NCBI GenBank assembly: GCA_028023455.1
Contig: JAQFVV010000003.1
Span: 16,120,001 to 16,184,000 of the forward strand
DNA from: Epiperipatus broadwayi
Lineage: Eukaryota > Animalia > Onychophora
Direction: 5' to 3'
DNA: 64,000 bases
Within the stretch, counting starts at the first letter, position 1, and the number at the start of each line of letters is the position of its first letter. The notes under the pieces were generated by a model, which was not told the DNA's origin, made no database searches, and saw only the letters and a program-made list of their open reading frames with translations. A program made the position numbers and the translations under genes. This document shows, piece after piece, positions 50,586 through 64,000 of the stretch.

Positions 50586-51769
50586 TATTGAATATACAAA
50601 AAAAATTAAATATTTGAAAACATCAGGTGGTATTAACTTATATCATCAGATAAGATTTTAAATAATAAGAATAAAATGAACCCCTTCAACCTTTTTATTT
50701 CATGAATTCTATCATACTCATATATATATATTTACCTATGTTTTTGAAATAAAATGTAAACTCTCCTTTTCTTTTAACAATATATATATATGTATAGAAA
50801 TTATACCACCTAAGTGAAAGTCTGTCCATTTTCACTCACTATCCATGTATCCATCACGGCTTTTGGTTCTTTATTTCTGATCCTAAGGCATAGAGATGAT
50901 TTTCTTTTAAGAAGAGAAGTTAAACATGAGTAGTATAACTAATGCTGATTTGAATCCAATTATTTTCACATTTAAATTCCGATGTTTTCTTTTAAACATA
51001 TAAAAGTATCCAAGCATTTAAAACGATAGGTACTTTTCCGATGCAAAGTCACATATTACTGGCTTTCTTTTTCTTTTCCATGAATAATAATGCACAAAGA
51101 GAATGCCTTTAATGACACAATCCAGTTATAATCAAGCGAAGAATAATAAATGCTAGCTTTTTTTTCCAAATTAAGGAAGTGAAATTTAAATTGCCTAATG
51201 TCACACATAAGTTGAGTTAATTGATCTTGTAAAATTCCTTGATCTGAAATATGGCATCCATAGACATGTAATGAGGTTTATATCCATCACAAATAAATAG
51301 ATGCAATTCTGTATTTTTAACCACGGAATATCTTTATATAGCTGACCTGCGGTAGATTGCATTTTGATGGGTTTTTCTTTCACATTCTTGCCATTTTCCC
51401 TGGAATTTCATCAGCAAGATGCCCCAATTGAATGGGCAGATAGGTAAAATCTTATTCTTCCATAACTTAAACAATAAAATTTAATAAATTTTTAAAGACA
51501 GATCTAAAATGTATCTGTTCTGGCAACGATAAAATTACAAGAACTGAAATTATGTCTTTTATTTATAAAATACTCTTGATGACATTATTGTTGTCACAAC
51601 AACTGTTTAATATTGCTCAAATTTGACTCAATGATAACAAATTTGTTTAAGAAAATTTTGCCTCCAATTAATAAGTAAAATGGAGATTAAAAAAAAAATG
51701 GATACAGTGAAAATGAAATCCTGCTTCATATTCAATATTATTTTTTCATTTTAAACCATAATAAAGAAT

Positions 51770-53067
51770 AGTACTTTTTTGTTACACTGGACAAGCCGCT
51801 TGATGGTGCTGTTTCTATGTTAACAAAGATAAATATAATGTACTGGGCTGGTGTAGTATTTTTGTTTGGCATATTTTATTGATATAATTATTTCAAAAGT
51901 TTTTTTATTTGGTTTTTGTATGTTGTTTTTTAAAAAACCTATTTTATTTCTTTTTTTTCTTTACATTTTTGGATTTCATGCATTTGTTGTTCTTTTTTTT
52001 TTAAAAAAACAACAACCTAATATTTAATACAATTAAAAACATTAACACACCTCCTTTTATTAATTTTTCCATTTGTTTTTTATTTGCTGTTATTTTTTGT
52101 TTTTTAAATTTAAGAAATGAAAAAGAGAAAGAAATTAAACCATTATGCTTTCTAGTTTATTTTGGGAGAGGTGGGATTTTCTTTCTGCATTATTTTTATT
52201 TTTTTTTTTTGCTTTGAGATAAAAGAAAGTAAAACGAAAACATTATTGTTATTTTTAGTTTATGATTTAATGAAGTGAAAACCTAAGCCTAACATGAACT
52301 ATTTTTATTTATTGTTTGAAATAAGGCATTTCATAAATTTGATCAGAAACTGTACACATTACATTGCACAGGTTTTAAAGTTAATCCAGCTTTCTATACA
52401 CACACAAACTCAACCACATACATGCGCACAACAAATAAGAATTAAAAGAAAGCAACTAATAAATGCTTTGTGACAGGTCAAGATCTGTAAGCCCACATTC
52501 AATGGTAAGCTCATCACCACTTCAATAATACACCAGACACAGAAGCTTGGCAATTGATCTAATGTCATCTCTTTGCCATAAACACATTGCTTTATTGTGG
52601 GCAGTATATTGGTGACCTGCAGAAATGACACAGCATCAGCCTCAGTCACTGGCAACTGCCAGAATTTAAAATTTTGCACATTAGGCATTTTGTTTCCTTG
52701 TTCTCACAATGAACGCGGTATTGCATGTGAGCTCTTGCAAAGCGTACATGTGCATGCACTTTTGAGGTTGGTCTTGGATCTTTAGCTCTGCAATACAATC
52801 TCTAACATCATGATAATTTTTATTAGCTATCAGTACACAAATTAGGGTGTTTACACTTATAAAAAAAAGGCGCAATAACACAGTTATGGACATTTTAAAT
52901 CAAGCAGCCATCATATCACACGATAGCGATATATAAACTCTCACAAGTTGCTTAAAAGCATGCTGTCTAAGAGGGAAATCTTTGGTTTTTGTAAATGGCA
53001 TAAATTCTGCTGGTTTTCAGAGAAACAGCACCATCAAGCAGCTTGTCCAGTGTAATGAAAAAGTGCC
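51770..53067 (-). mobile_element. Merlin DNA transposon deletion derivative
   Basis: About 45-bp TIRs (..ACTTTTT..TTACACTGGACAAGC(C/T)GCTTGATGGTGCTGTTTCT). 8-bp TSD TAAAGAAT/TAAATAAT (7/8). ORF 52410-52688 (WQLPVTEADAVSFLQ...ILP...C..G..M.L) resembles the N-terminus of Merlin/ISXO2-like transposases. Confidence 0.8.
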
Positions 53068-55050
53068 TAAATAATTTCTATTATAATTCTAATACATTTT
53101 AATGAATATAAATATTTTTACATATGTTTTTAATAATTTTTTTATATAGCTAATTTATGAACAACATATATGAAACATAAAACATTTAATTTTATAATAG
53201 GGGTTGCTATGGTGATTGTAATAACAGAAATTGAAATGTGTAATACTTAATAATAATATTGATTCTCTTCAAGTAAGATTTTATGATTTACTTAACTATT
53301 TCCAAAATCTATTTATTTATTTACCTGTTTATATTTTTCTCTGAAATTAATCACAACAGATTTATAAATTGATGCTAAATGTTAATAATAAATAAGAATG
53401 TTGTTTGAATAGTAGCCATAGTTACCTGGTTAATATTAACATTTCAACACCCCTATTATCCATAGATCAAGTGAAATAAAAATTAAACAAGACCAACAAA
53501 CTTTTTTTTAAAAAATACTGTGACATACACCACTCTGGTTACTTACAGTATATTGTATTTCATTAAATAATTATTATTTTTTTATCTATTATTTTTGATG
53601 GATTTACATTTTATTGTTTTTTAATGTATCATTTAATACAGTAGTAATATTTTACATTTAAGAGTTAAAAGTTTCTGAATTGAAGCTCACTTCTGTCATT
53701 CCATATTTTGAATATCCTATGACTTTTCAAGGGACAAACCATTCTATTTTTTTACTACATGTCACAGAATTATTTATCTGCAAATTAATCTAACTTTATT
53801 ATATGCATCAAGTTTCAATTATTTTAGACAGTCATCTTCAGTCTTTTCTAAAGCAAAAATAGATTGAGGCTGATTGTCCAAAAATTCTGTAATATTTTAT
53901 ATATAAATTAAAGGCATTTAAATAAAGTATTGTTCAATATTTTTTTTACTAAAATAATAATAAACACCTCATAGCTTATCCAACTTATAATTAATTTGTA
54001 TTAATGATTAAGTAATCTTTCTTAGCTGTTTCCTGGCTACTTGATATTCTGGCATTAAATTTTATTGAACCCATTCAGTGACTATCTTTAACTCATCATG
54101 CTTTTTACAGTTTTCATTTTGATATCTAAGCTGAGGAAAGATATCATTTTTATTCCATTTAATGTCAATTAAAGAAGATATATGATTCATAATTAAAGAA
54201 GATATATGATTCATATTATAGAGCAGTTTATTTCAGGGTTTACCTTGGTTATTTGAAGAACTAAATATTCCTAAATCAAAAATTTGAATAGAACAGTTTG
54301 AAACAATCTATATCTTAATAATCTTTACATAGAGAATAATGAAGGGAAAAGAATAATAATCAGACTTTTGAGGACTCACAGATTATTGGCCATATCAACT
54401 GGATTTATGAGTGCTCCTTTTTGAACTTTTCACTTTGAATATAAATTTCAGTGTATGTGATGGATAAATATTTTTTTAAGATTACAAATATTTTATAATA
54501 TGTGTATAGTGGTTGCATCTGTTCAAGATTAATAAATCTTAATAATTAAGTAAATATATGATTTTTAGTTATTATGTAACATTTTGACCAGAATCTTTTC
54601 TTAATGTCTGATAATTGCATAAAACAAGGGATAATCTTTTGAAAAGCTATCATAGCTTCAAATGTATTTCTTCACCTGTAGTTGTTGAATGATCGACTGG
54701 CATAGCATTCATTCTGAATATTTTGTATTTAAAATTTTAAAAACAGTTTGATTTTTTCTTTTTTTGAAATACTTTTTTCTTTCAAATGATAAAATGCTTG
54801 TATCCTTAAAATACTTAATGTCCAAAAGCAAGAATAGAGATATCATTCATGGTAATGAGAAAAGAGGATATCCATAACAACAATTGACCAAAGTTAATGG
54901 TTTTATTCTTTCTATCATAAAAGAAAGAGATTAACAAAATAGCTGAGATTGAGAACTAGTGGTTGTGATTAATGTCAAATTGCATATATATATATATTTA
55001 CACAATGTACACATATTCCAACACATTTTATCTATAATACTTGTTATATT

Positions 55051-55490
55051 TGATATAACCAGGTGTGATTATCTATGACCAACTGAATACACATTTACAT
55101 TGTGTTTAAATAAACACTCAATTCAGAGAATAAACTTAACAACTAAAGTTTATTAACTCTAATTATATATAATAATAATGTGTGCAACTTAAATATTACA
55201 ACTAACTGCTTTCTGATTGCTCTAATGTTAAAGCCTTTTTGGATATAATGTTCATAAATTCTGTACAATCCCTGTACTTCTCCAATCATATTCTATAACG
55301 ACTACTTTTAAGGTTTTGTCTGCCTGATAAATTTCAATTTTTATTTGCAGTTCATATGATCAGCATAACTAGTTTAGATTTGCATAATTTGAAAATATTT
55401 ACATATTTTGCATAAATACATATGTTAATTTTCAAATTTTATCTGATTAATACATACATAAATTTTATTTATAACACTTAATAATTATAT
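55051..55490 (-). repeat. 3' LTR of the Gypsy element
   Basis: Aligns by eye with 59684-60095 (AAATAAACACTC, TGCCTGATAA and CAGTTCATATGATCA anchors). Ends approximate. Confidence 0.8.
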
Positions 55491-58400
55491 ATATATTAAT
55501 TATTTAATCAGACATTGGATACCTCTCCTCATTTCTAGAAAATGATTAAATCTAATGGCATGCTTAGTCTTTAAATCCTTCTGGCCTCTTTAGCTCATCT
55601 AGGAGTGGTACTGGCTGTTTTTCCTCAATCTATCCCACGTTGAGTAATTCATAGATACTTCAGATGTATCATTAGGATGAAGTTTTATTCTTGAAGAATC
55701 CTCTTCTTTTTGTTCATTTCTCAATATCTATTTAAACTTTTGATGAAGCTCTATCACAATCCTCTTTTTTTTTTTAAATCAGTAATATCAGTTGCAAGAG
55801 AACTTGCTCAATCACTAAATGACTTCTAAGAGGTTGATGTGTCTTCTGACTTACTCCATCTCAACATAAACTACATCTAATAATTATTCTATTTTTGTAG
55901 CCAACTGTATAACATAATTATTTTGACAATAATTTTTGTAATGACTCCTGTTTGCCACTTTTTTGTAATAAGTCACATATTCAAGCGATTTCTCCCACAG
56001 TAAATTTTAGATGAATTATATTGGTCTTATCTCTGTCACTCTTTCTAGGGGTCAATAATGACTCATGAATTCTGAAATTCCTTCTCATCAAAGATTCTGT
56101 GTTTTTCTGGTTGCTGTGCTGGGCATGAAATGTGTGTAAAACCTAGCTGCTGTTAAAGCTTCATTAATATCTTAGTATTGCATTTTAATCAGTGACAGCT
56201 TCAACTGTTGCATGCTTTTTCACCTAAACAACTAAGAATGATACAGAGGTGGTAAAATATATCATATCTCCATACTAGTTAAAAAGTCTTTAAATTGAAA
56301 ATTCAAATCTAGCTCCATTGTTGGATACAGATATTTCTGAGTATCTATGACATGCAAACAGTTGGTTTAATATTTTTTTGAGTTCTCCTCACTGAAATTT
56401 TTTAAAGCTCTGTATTCAGACTTTCTCAAATAAAAATTGATTAACAACAGAAAAAGATATTCATTGAAAAAACCAGCATGATCCATATGTATCTTCTACT
56501 ATGGTTTGGAGGCCATGGTTCCAATGTCATAAAGGATAGCCTAGCTATTGATTAGCATACTCCACATCTTTTACTGTTTGTTCAATATCATAGTTCATGC
56601 TGCGCTACCATACATATGATCTAGCTAATTCCTTTGTTCTGATGATTCCAGAATGTCCTTTATTTAATAAATCCAATATATGCTTCCTCTGTTCTGTTAG
56701 AATCAACTTTCAGTCTTATCATTCAAAACATCTGTTACACATGAATAGACTCATATACATTCTGTATTGGCTACACTATGTAGTTAGATCATCTTGCACC
56801 GTCCTTCTTTAATCTATCTATTGACTAGGTTATTATCCAGAATCATCTTTTGTTCATGTAGTTACAACTGAACTGTTTAATAATTTTGATTTCATTGAAT
56901 CAATGGTCTGTGGCTCATTCTCTTTTATATCCAGTATTCTTGATAAAGCATGTGATTAATAAGTTTGGAATCATGGGATGTTAATATGTTTATCCATCTA
57001 TTCGTCCATTGACTAATATGATCAGGAATCCTCATTATTCACAATAGAGGTTTATGGTCCATATAGATCTAGAAAATATGCACATAATATTAAAACTTTT
57101 TCATGGCAAATACTATTGCTAAAACCTGCTTATTGAGCTGGCTATAGGGTTTTTCAACTGCTGTTCAAAGCATTTACACAATAGGATGTTCCCCTTCATA
57201 AACTCTATGAGAGATGTCCATAAACTCTATGAGAAATGATAGCACCAACTTCATACTTTGATGCATACATGGTTATTATTACATCTTGATCATTTCTGTA
57301 GAGTACCACAAGTTGACTTATTAATAATAAGTTTTTTTACTTTCTTAACACAATGTCTTGTTCAACTCCCCATTTCTATTGCTTTTTATTCTTTAACAAA
57401 TCATAAAGGTGCAATGTGAGATTTTCTTTTCAGGAAACTCAAAAAAATTAATCAGTTCTAAGAATGCTTGCAGATCCTTGATGTTTTTGGGTATTTTCCT
57501 TTATCAGTAATAATATGCCATAAAAACTTAAATTTCCTTTGTGGACCATATGCATTTCAGGGTGTTCTGTCATGCATCAAATCTTTCTAACTTTTCACAT
57601 TCTTTATTAATGCATTCTCTCAATTCACTCCCTGTTTCAGTGGTTATCAGAATATTATCCAGGCAAGGAATAATTCTTTCCATTCCCTGCAATAGACATC
57701 TATTGTGATTCCATATGGTAGCTTATTACACTTGAATATTTCCAAATGCATTTAATAGTTAAAAGTTTGGCTCTTCTTGCTGTATCATAAATTTGATGAA
57801 ATACTGATAACAGGTCAATTTTCTCAAAATAAGAAGCCTTTTGTGATGAAGCTACAATCTTTTGAATGCTTGGAACTGGGTATACTACTTTATTTATATA
57901 TCTATCATAGTATGCAATAATCACTGCATATACGATTAGGTTTCAAAAATATTATAATGGATGTAGCTCATGCTGACTCCTCAGTAAGTGTCATCATACC
58001 TCAAGCAAATTGTTGTGAATTTCTTCCACTTTGATTTTCAAAGAAAAAAAAAAATCTCCATGGTCTGCAGAAAACGGACTGAACATTATCCCTTAATTCT
58101 ATATCAACCGCTTGTAATATATTCAATTCTGATGGACCTTGTTTGAACAGCTTTGGAAATTTATCCCAGATTTTGGATACTTATTGGACTCTTTATTATT
58201 TTTATTCAATTCCCTAGAGGTTTTAACTAGTTTTGGCCCAAAATTGGGTTCAAATATCTTGCCATGATATAAAAAGTTAAGTTTTTCACTCATATCTACT
58301 TTCCCTGACTCCTTTACAATCTCTAATTCAAACATTTTCAGCAATATCCTTCATTTTTTTGACATTAGTTTGTCATTTGCTGATTCCTTCCCTTGATTTG

Positions 58401-59683
58401 CAGTCAGGTGGTAAATCATTTTTACAATAAATTCATGATAAGTGTCCTTTAAAACCACAATTGTGCCATGTGTCATTTTTTAAATTTGCTCATCTTAGCT
58501 TTTACCATCATAACAATAATATGATTAGGTGTTTCCATACTTCACCAGTTTGTAGACTGTGATTGTACTCTGTTTAACATTGTTTTTCACTATTTTGATC
58601 TGTGATGTGCTTTTTAACATGGGTTCAATATGATATTCCTTTTTTGATAGTTCAAATGAACATTAATCCTGTTTCATTTAATAAAAGTTGTCTGAGTTTG
58701 TTATCACACATACTCCATAATAACTGGTACAATGGCATGCTTCTAGCTCAGCTCTGAAATCTCATTCCTTTGCAGCTTACGCAATATTACATTGTAATCT
58801 TTTATGCTTTCATGTGGTGACTGACTTCTGTTTCTAAAGTATAGACACACTACATGTCTAGGCTTAGAGTGAATATTTAACTTCTCTTTTAATTCTTCAT
58901 ATAGATCAGAAATCGGTAATTAGTGGTCTGTGATGTAATTTTAATGGTTCGCAAAGAAATTCAGATATTATTTAAATTTGCTAAGCTTATTTAATAAAAT
59001 TTTTAAATAAAAAATAATTTTTGTTTAAGCTGTATTTATTATATGTAAAATAGAACAAGAATTTTATATTGCTAATTGATTTGTTACAAAATATTACTGT
59101 GATTTGCAAAACATCTACCTCAAAGATGTTTAATTAATCCCTACTTGGTCAGCAGCATAGAAAAAGTAACAAAATAAGTACAGAATTCTGTACAATTGAC
59201 TAGGCATCAACTTTGACTACAGCACACCCTTGTGTTAAAATTATTAAAATATAAATAAATGTATATGTATATCATACTCAATGCTCATATTAATTTGGAC
59301 CTTTAAAAGTTGTTAGTAATCTGCAATATCTGAAAGGTTGCTGACCATTAACATAGATTATCCTCAGGAGCCTTCAGATCACACATTCGATTGGCTATCA
59401 GCAATATATCTTTCTTGTAATCCACATCAGGGTTGCCGCTTTTAGTTTATCAACTATATTGTTGATAACTATGTATATTTCTACATGAGTCACATAAATC
59501 TTCCATCTTGCTGTGATGTTAACATCAAATTTGGTTATGGAGCTATTTGTAGTGCCATTTTGTATTTCTTCATCAATATTTCACTATTATCTCTTTCAGT
59601 CTACAGTAACTATCCACAGTTCTCCTGAATTGTCAATTCTGCTAATAAATACAGGTTGCACATCCTGTTGAGCTGCACCATTC

Positions 59684-60095
59684 TGCTATACCCAGAGATG
59701 ATCTTATACCACCAGCTAAATACACATCTATACGGTATCTAAATAAACACTCAGAGAATAAGTTTAATAACTAGAATTTATTGACTCTAAATATATATAC
59801 ATTATAATTAGCTGCTTGCTGGTTGTTTTAACATTAAAGCCTTTTTTATATATAAACTTGGCAAATTCTTTACAATCTCTGCACTGCTCCAGACTACTTC
59901 TAAGGTTTTTTTCTGCCTGATAAGTTCAGTTTTTATTCACAGTTCATATGATCAACATAAATAATCTAGAATGTTCATAATTTGAAAATTAGACTACATT
60001 TGTATATTTGGTATAACTGCATGTGTTAATTTTCTAGACTATACTTTCTGTCTGACTAATAAATACATATACAAATTTTATTTACAATATTTATA
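59684..60095 (-). repeat. 5' LTR of the Gypsy element
   Basis: Direct repeat of 55051-55490, followed on the minus strand by a TGG-starting PBS-like sequence. Confidence 0.8.
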
Positions 60096-60843
60096 TTAAC
60101 AAACATGTCTCCTTTTTATATTTTAGAACCATCTATTATATAATCATTTAGTACAATATTATCTGGTAACCATTTAATAACTCACCCTTACAAAAGAGTA
60201 GAGTAGATAGAAGACATTCTCTTATACATGTATTCCACTGTTTTTTAAATTGTGTTGTTTTTTTAATTATGAATAATTCATTGTTTTTTGTTTTAAGTTT
60301 ATCTATTTGATTTATTTTTAAGAAATGTAATTACAGGATGAGGCTGGTAAAAATTATTAGAAAATTATTATATCAGTGTGAGATTTAAGTTTGCCCATTG
60401 TCACACACTAGCCCAAAAAAGTAAAAAAAAACAAAACAATAGAGGTTATTTAAGTATCAGTTGAGTTTTAGTTTAGTATAAGCTTCTGATGGGGAAAAAA
60501 AAGTTGAAATGAATAAATTATCATGTGTTGGTTTTTTTTTTTGTAATTTTTGTTTAATGTCAATTAAATTTACCATTTCAAGGCACACCCTTCTGTTCAA
60601 TTTCCTGAAATAAGTAAAAAATTTAAAATGCAGTTTTTCCACGATATCAATAGTTTTATGATCCTGTATATGAATATAGAAAGGGAGGCTTACATATCGA
60701 GTGCAATGCAGATTCCAAGGTGCTGCTCTCTCTCTGCTTTTAAATTAGTTCTACATATAGCTGTTATTTTTACCTATTTTATTTTATGAGAATGAGATTA
60801 GGACTCTTTATTAAGATGATTTTAAAACATTATAATTTTTTAA

Positions 60844-61763
60844 AAAACAGGCAAAACTCTCCATACAGTAGTGCTACTCACTGCCAAACAGAATAATCAA
60901 TGGATGCCAGAAGGCTTGTGCATAAAATCCCTATCTAGTGCCTACTCATCCAATATCCCCAGAACTAGTTTCTAGCTTGTGGCCTTCATCAATGAGGATC
61001 TTAGGATCTAATGCAGCCCTCCAGCAGCCACTTTTTATCTCTACTTAACTACAAAACTATGAGAATAAAATTGAAAGCACAATAATATTTTCAATCTAAG
61101 CTCAATAGCTTATATAGTCATATGGGTCTGAAGCCAGTTCAGTACACATACATTTTGGTGTCTTTGGCTCTTTAACAACCATAGCCACCACTATCCTATT
61201 AGGCAGGATTGGTGTTAAACCACTAAACATCACATGACACTATTTCTTATGTTAGCACATTACTGTTATTAAAACAGGCCAAACTCTCCATACAATAGTG
61301 CCACTCAATGCCAACCAGAGTAATCAATGGATGTCAGAAGGCTTATGCATAAAATCCCTATCTAGTGCCTACTCACCCAATATTCAAAATGTATGGGTAC
61401 TGAACTGGGTTCAGACCTATATGACTATATAAGCTATTAAGCTTAGATTGAAAATATTATTGTTTTTTTAATTTTATTCTTAGTTTTATAGTTAAGTAGA
61501 GATAAAAGATGGCTGCTGGAGGGTTGCATTAGATCCTAAGATCTAGGTGCTGTGTTCTCAGATTCAAGGCCAAAAACCAGAAACTAGTCTGGGGATATTG
61601 GATGAGTAGGCACTAGATAGGGATTTTATGCACAAGTCTTCTGGCATCCATTGATTACTCTGGTTGGTACTGAGTGGCACTACTATATGGAGAGTTTTGC
61701 CTGTTTTAATAACAGTAATGTGCTAGCATAAGAAATGGTGATCATGTGATGTTTAGTGGTTTA
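60844..61763. mobile_element. Inverted/tandem cluster of three hammerhead-family copies
   Basis: Arms 60844-61157 and 61385-61707 are inverted. A third, truncated copy lies at 61217-61384. Hammerhead-like motif on minus at 60956-60998. Confidence 0.85.
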
Positions 61764-61787
61764 GAATTTTTTTTATTTAAGAATGCT

Positions 61788-62368
61788 TTGAAATATGATT
61801 TTTTCCCCTACAGTACAGTTTTCTTCATATCTGCACTTATATATATAATATATAGGGGTTTGAACTCAGATTTTCACATGACCCTCAACTATCCATGCTA
61901 TCTCATACCACTGATACACTTGATCTCACACATATTGAAAAGATAATTAATTACCAATATTCGTATTTCATGCTAAACCAGCACTCATCAGTTGGTCCAG
62001 ATTATCATCTTCACACATATACACAATCAAAGCTCAGCTTATATTAAGATAGCCAATCTTCATACTTTATTGGACAGGCTTCAAACCACTCCACCCCACA
62101 ACTCTTCAGCCAACTATTTCATTGAAAATCTGATGATGGAATGCTCAAAGCCCACCTTAGTGCCAACCTTCTCATCCTACCCATGTTGACCACAAGTCAC
62201 TCTGACTCCTCATGTACAGGACATAATCCATTTACACACATATACGAGGGATGGGCAGATCTTAATACACTTTATTTTGAAATATGAATTTTTTTTACAA
62301 TACAGGCTTTTTTATACCTGCACTTATATATGTAATATATAGGGGTTTGAACTCAGACTTTCACACGG
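61788..62368 (+). repeat. ~95-bp direct repeat pair
   Basis: TGAAATATGA...CTGCACTTATATAT.TAATATATAGGGGTTTGAACTCAGA.TTTCACA at about 61788-61880 and 62278-62366. TACGAGGG (a mariner-like TIR start) precedes the second copy. Confidence 0.7.
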
Positions 62369-64000
62369 CCATTTGTAAAATTTTAAAAATACAATGGCAA
62401 GATCATAAAACCAATCAATACATTTTTAGTCTGTTTGTTGCAACATTATAAAATTCATTATAGTTAAATGATTAAACATTTGAAATGAATGAATAATAAC
62501 AGACTTTCTATAAAAAACATGGTGTTCTAAAATAAGCAAACTTTTAAAATGCAATTTTGCTGCTAAAGCACTGCAAGGAAAGTTATTTTAAATACTCTAA
62601 AGAAATGGAACTGTGATTGATTTCATTGGTAAGTTATGGCTGAAGATAGAATACAATGGAGAAGTACAGTTAGACAAGATGTTGGATAAAGAAAAATTTG
62701 CTAAAAAAAAAAAAACCCCATAGCATCACAAAATAAGAAAAAAAAAATGAAATAATAACCTAGCATGATCTATATGGGAATTATATTTGTGGTTCACAGA
62801 TTGGTTTATATAATAGTTGCAAAACTTATCTCTAGGATATTATTATTATTTGTCTTTTTTTTTCCTTTTTGTTTTCTCTCTAGAAGTTAAAACGGCCATA
62901 CTTATTTATGAATAATTTCTGAGAATAAGGATGCAGTGATAAAATTTATGAATTCAATAGACGAATTTCTATTTTTTATTTTATTTAATACTTTTCAAAA
63001 TATGAATTACACACTGTAAATGTTAAATCTGCAGAATGAGAGGACTATTTTAAATCAACTTTATAAGAAGGAATATCAGAATAATTCTGTATTTGTTTTG
63101 TAGTCAAACTTTTCACAACTTGTCCTTAAAGGAGAAATATAAAATATTAATGACTTTGAATTGTGGTACTGTTGAAATTCGATAGCAAGGAAATGAACAT
63201 GTGGATGCTCTTAGTCTCCTCTTAATTAGTTTTCGATTTCCTTGCAATGAGTTTTTTTTTCTATATAATGTCTTGTTTTTAATTTGTGTTTGTATAATAA
63301 GAGTCAGTTCATAAGAGCCTCAAGAAACGTTTGATATCAGAAGCATTTATTACATTTAGACAGGGTCTTCACATTTATGTTTAATATATCTCTAAAAACA
63401 TTCTCACTTCTTTGCATTTTTTACAATGCTTTTTATTAAATTGTCTGACAATCATCTTCAGAGATAACATTGTTTCTTATTTACTTATACAAGTATACAA
63501 TAAATTTACTTTGATATTTTTCTATATACCCATATATAAACAAGAAATAATGTAATACAATTGTATTTTATAGCTTTGAAGAACAAGAAAAGCATTATGA
63601 AAAAAAAAATGAATTTTTGAGAGATTTATTTTTTATATGCAGTACAAAAAGAAAGAAAAAGTATTGAATTTTTCTATGTTTACTACTATAATACTTTTGT
63701 TTTATTCCGATCAATTATGATTAGAAATTAATAACAAGCAAATATGATTATTATAAGTACAGTAACATAAGTTGGCCATGTAAACTGAAGATCTTGATTA
63801 AGTAGTAATTATTTGAGAATGAAATTAGATTACATCTCCATTGATTTGGGATTTGGATTAAATTCAGTAGCTTTTAAAATTTTATCACTTACTTCAGAAA
63901 TACTCCCAAACTTTAGAAAATGTTTTAAAGTGGCTAAAAAAAATAATGACTAATAAATAAGACAAAATAATTCTATAATTGAAAAGATTTTAATTTGGTT

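Larger units (their letters stand above)
55051..60095 (-). mobile_element. Old, full-structure Ty3/Gypsy LTR retrotransposon
   Basis: Two diverged direct LTRs. Minus-strand remnants in gag-pol order: HNCGFKGHL knuckle (~58.45 kb), YPVPSI...FEKIDLLSVFHQI, CLDNIL, FLWHII (RT), ASKYEVGAIISH and QVLAIVFAMKKF..DHKPL (RNase H), integrase traces at ~56.9-57.0 kb. PBS-like TGGTGCAGC next to 59684. Confidence 0.88.

Noticed and set aside
51386-51419. Minus-strand TCTTG-CTGATGA-AATTCCAGG-GAAA-ATGG-CAAGA hammerhead-like match
   Set aside because: No U-H cleavage triplet in the required position before helix I, weak helix II and a single copy. Probably chance.
53950-54900. Possible LINE RT remnant on the minus strand
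   Set aside because: Only one weak KKG..NP-like motif; not enough to support a call.

Overview
Very AT-rich animal (probably arthropod-like invertebrate) nuclear DNA, not prokaryotic; the species cannot be determined from the sequence. I can support only one host gene: BRK1 (BRICK1/HSPC300, WAVE complex subunit) on the minus strand. It has three coding exons (40642-40765, 27084-27166, 14957-14983; 77 aa) separated by introns of about 13.5 and 12.1 kb. The rest is largely a layered record of mobile DNA: RTE-type and other LINE remnants, an old Ty3/Gypsy element with both LTRs (about 55.05-60.1 kb), Buster-type hAT elements, two Merlin elements, piggyBac and Tc1/mariner remnants, TIR elements with internal minisatellite arrays, and several fold-back palindromes. 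The most interesting signal is a short non-coding repeat family (about 39.3, 43.0 and 60.8-61.8 kb). It carries a minimal type I hammerhead-ribozyme-like motif with a palindromic helix III, and shows a 15-bp target-site duplication and inverted partial copies. This suggests a non-autonomous Penelope-like or retrozyme-type retroelement. All alignments and homologies were judged by eye; no searches were run.
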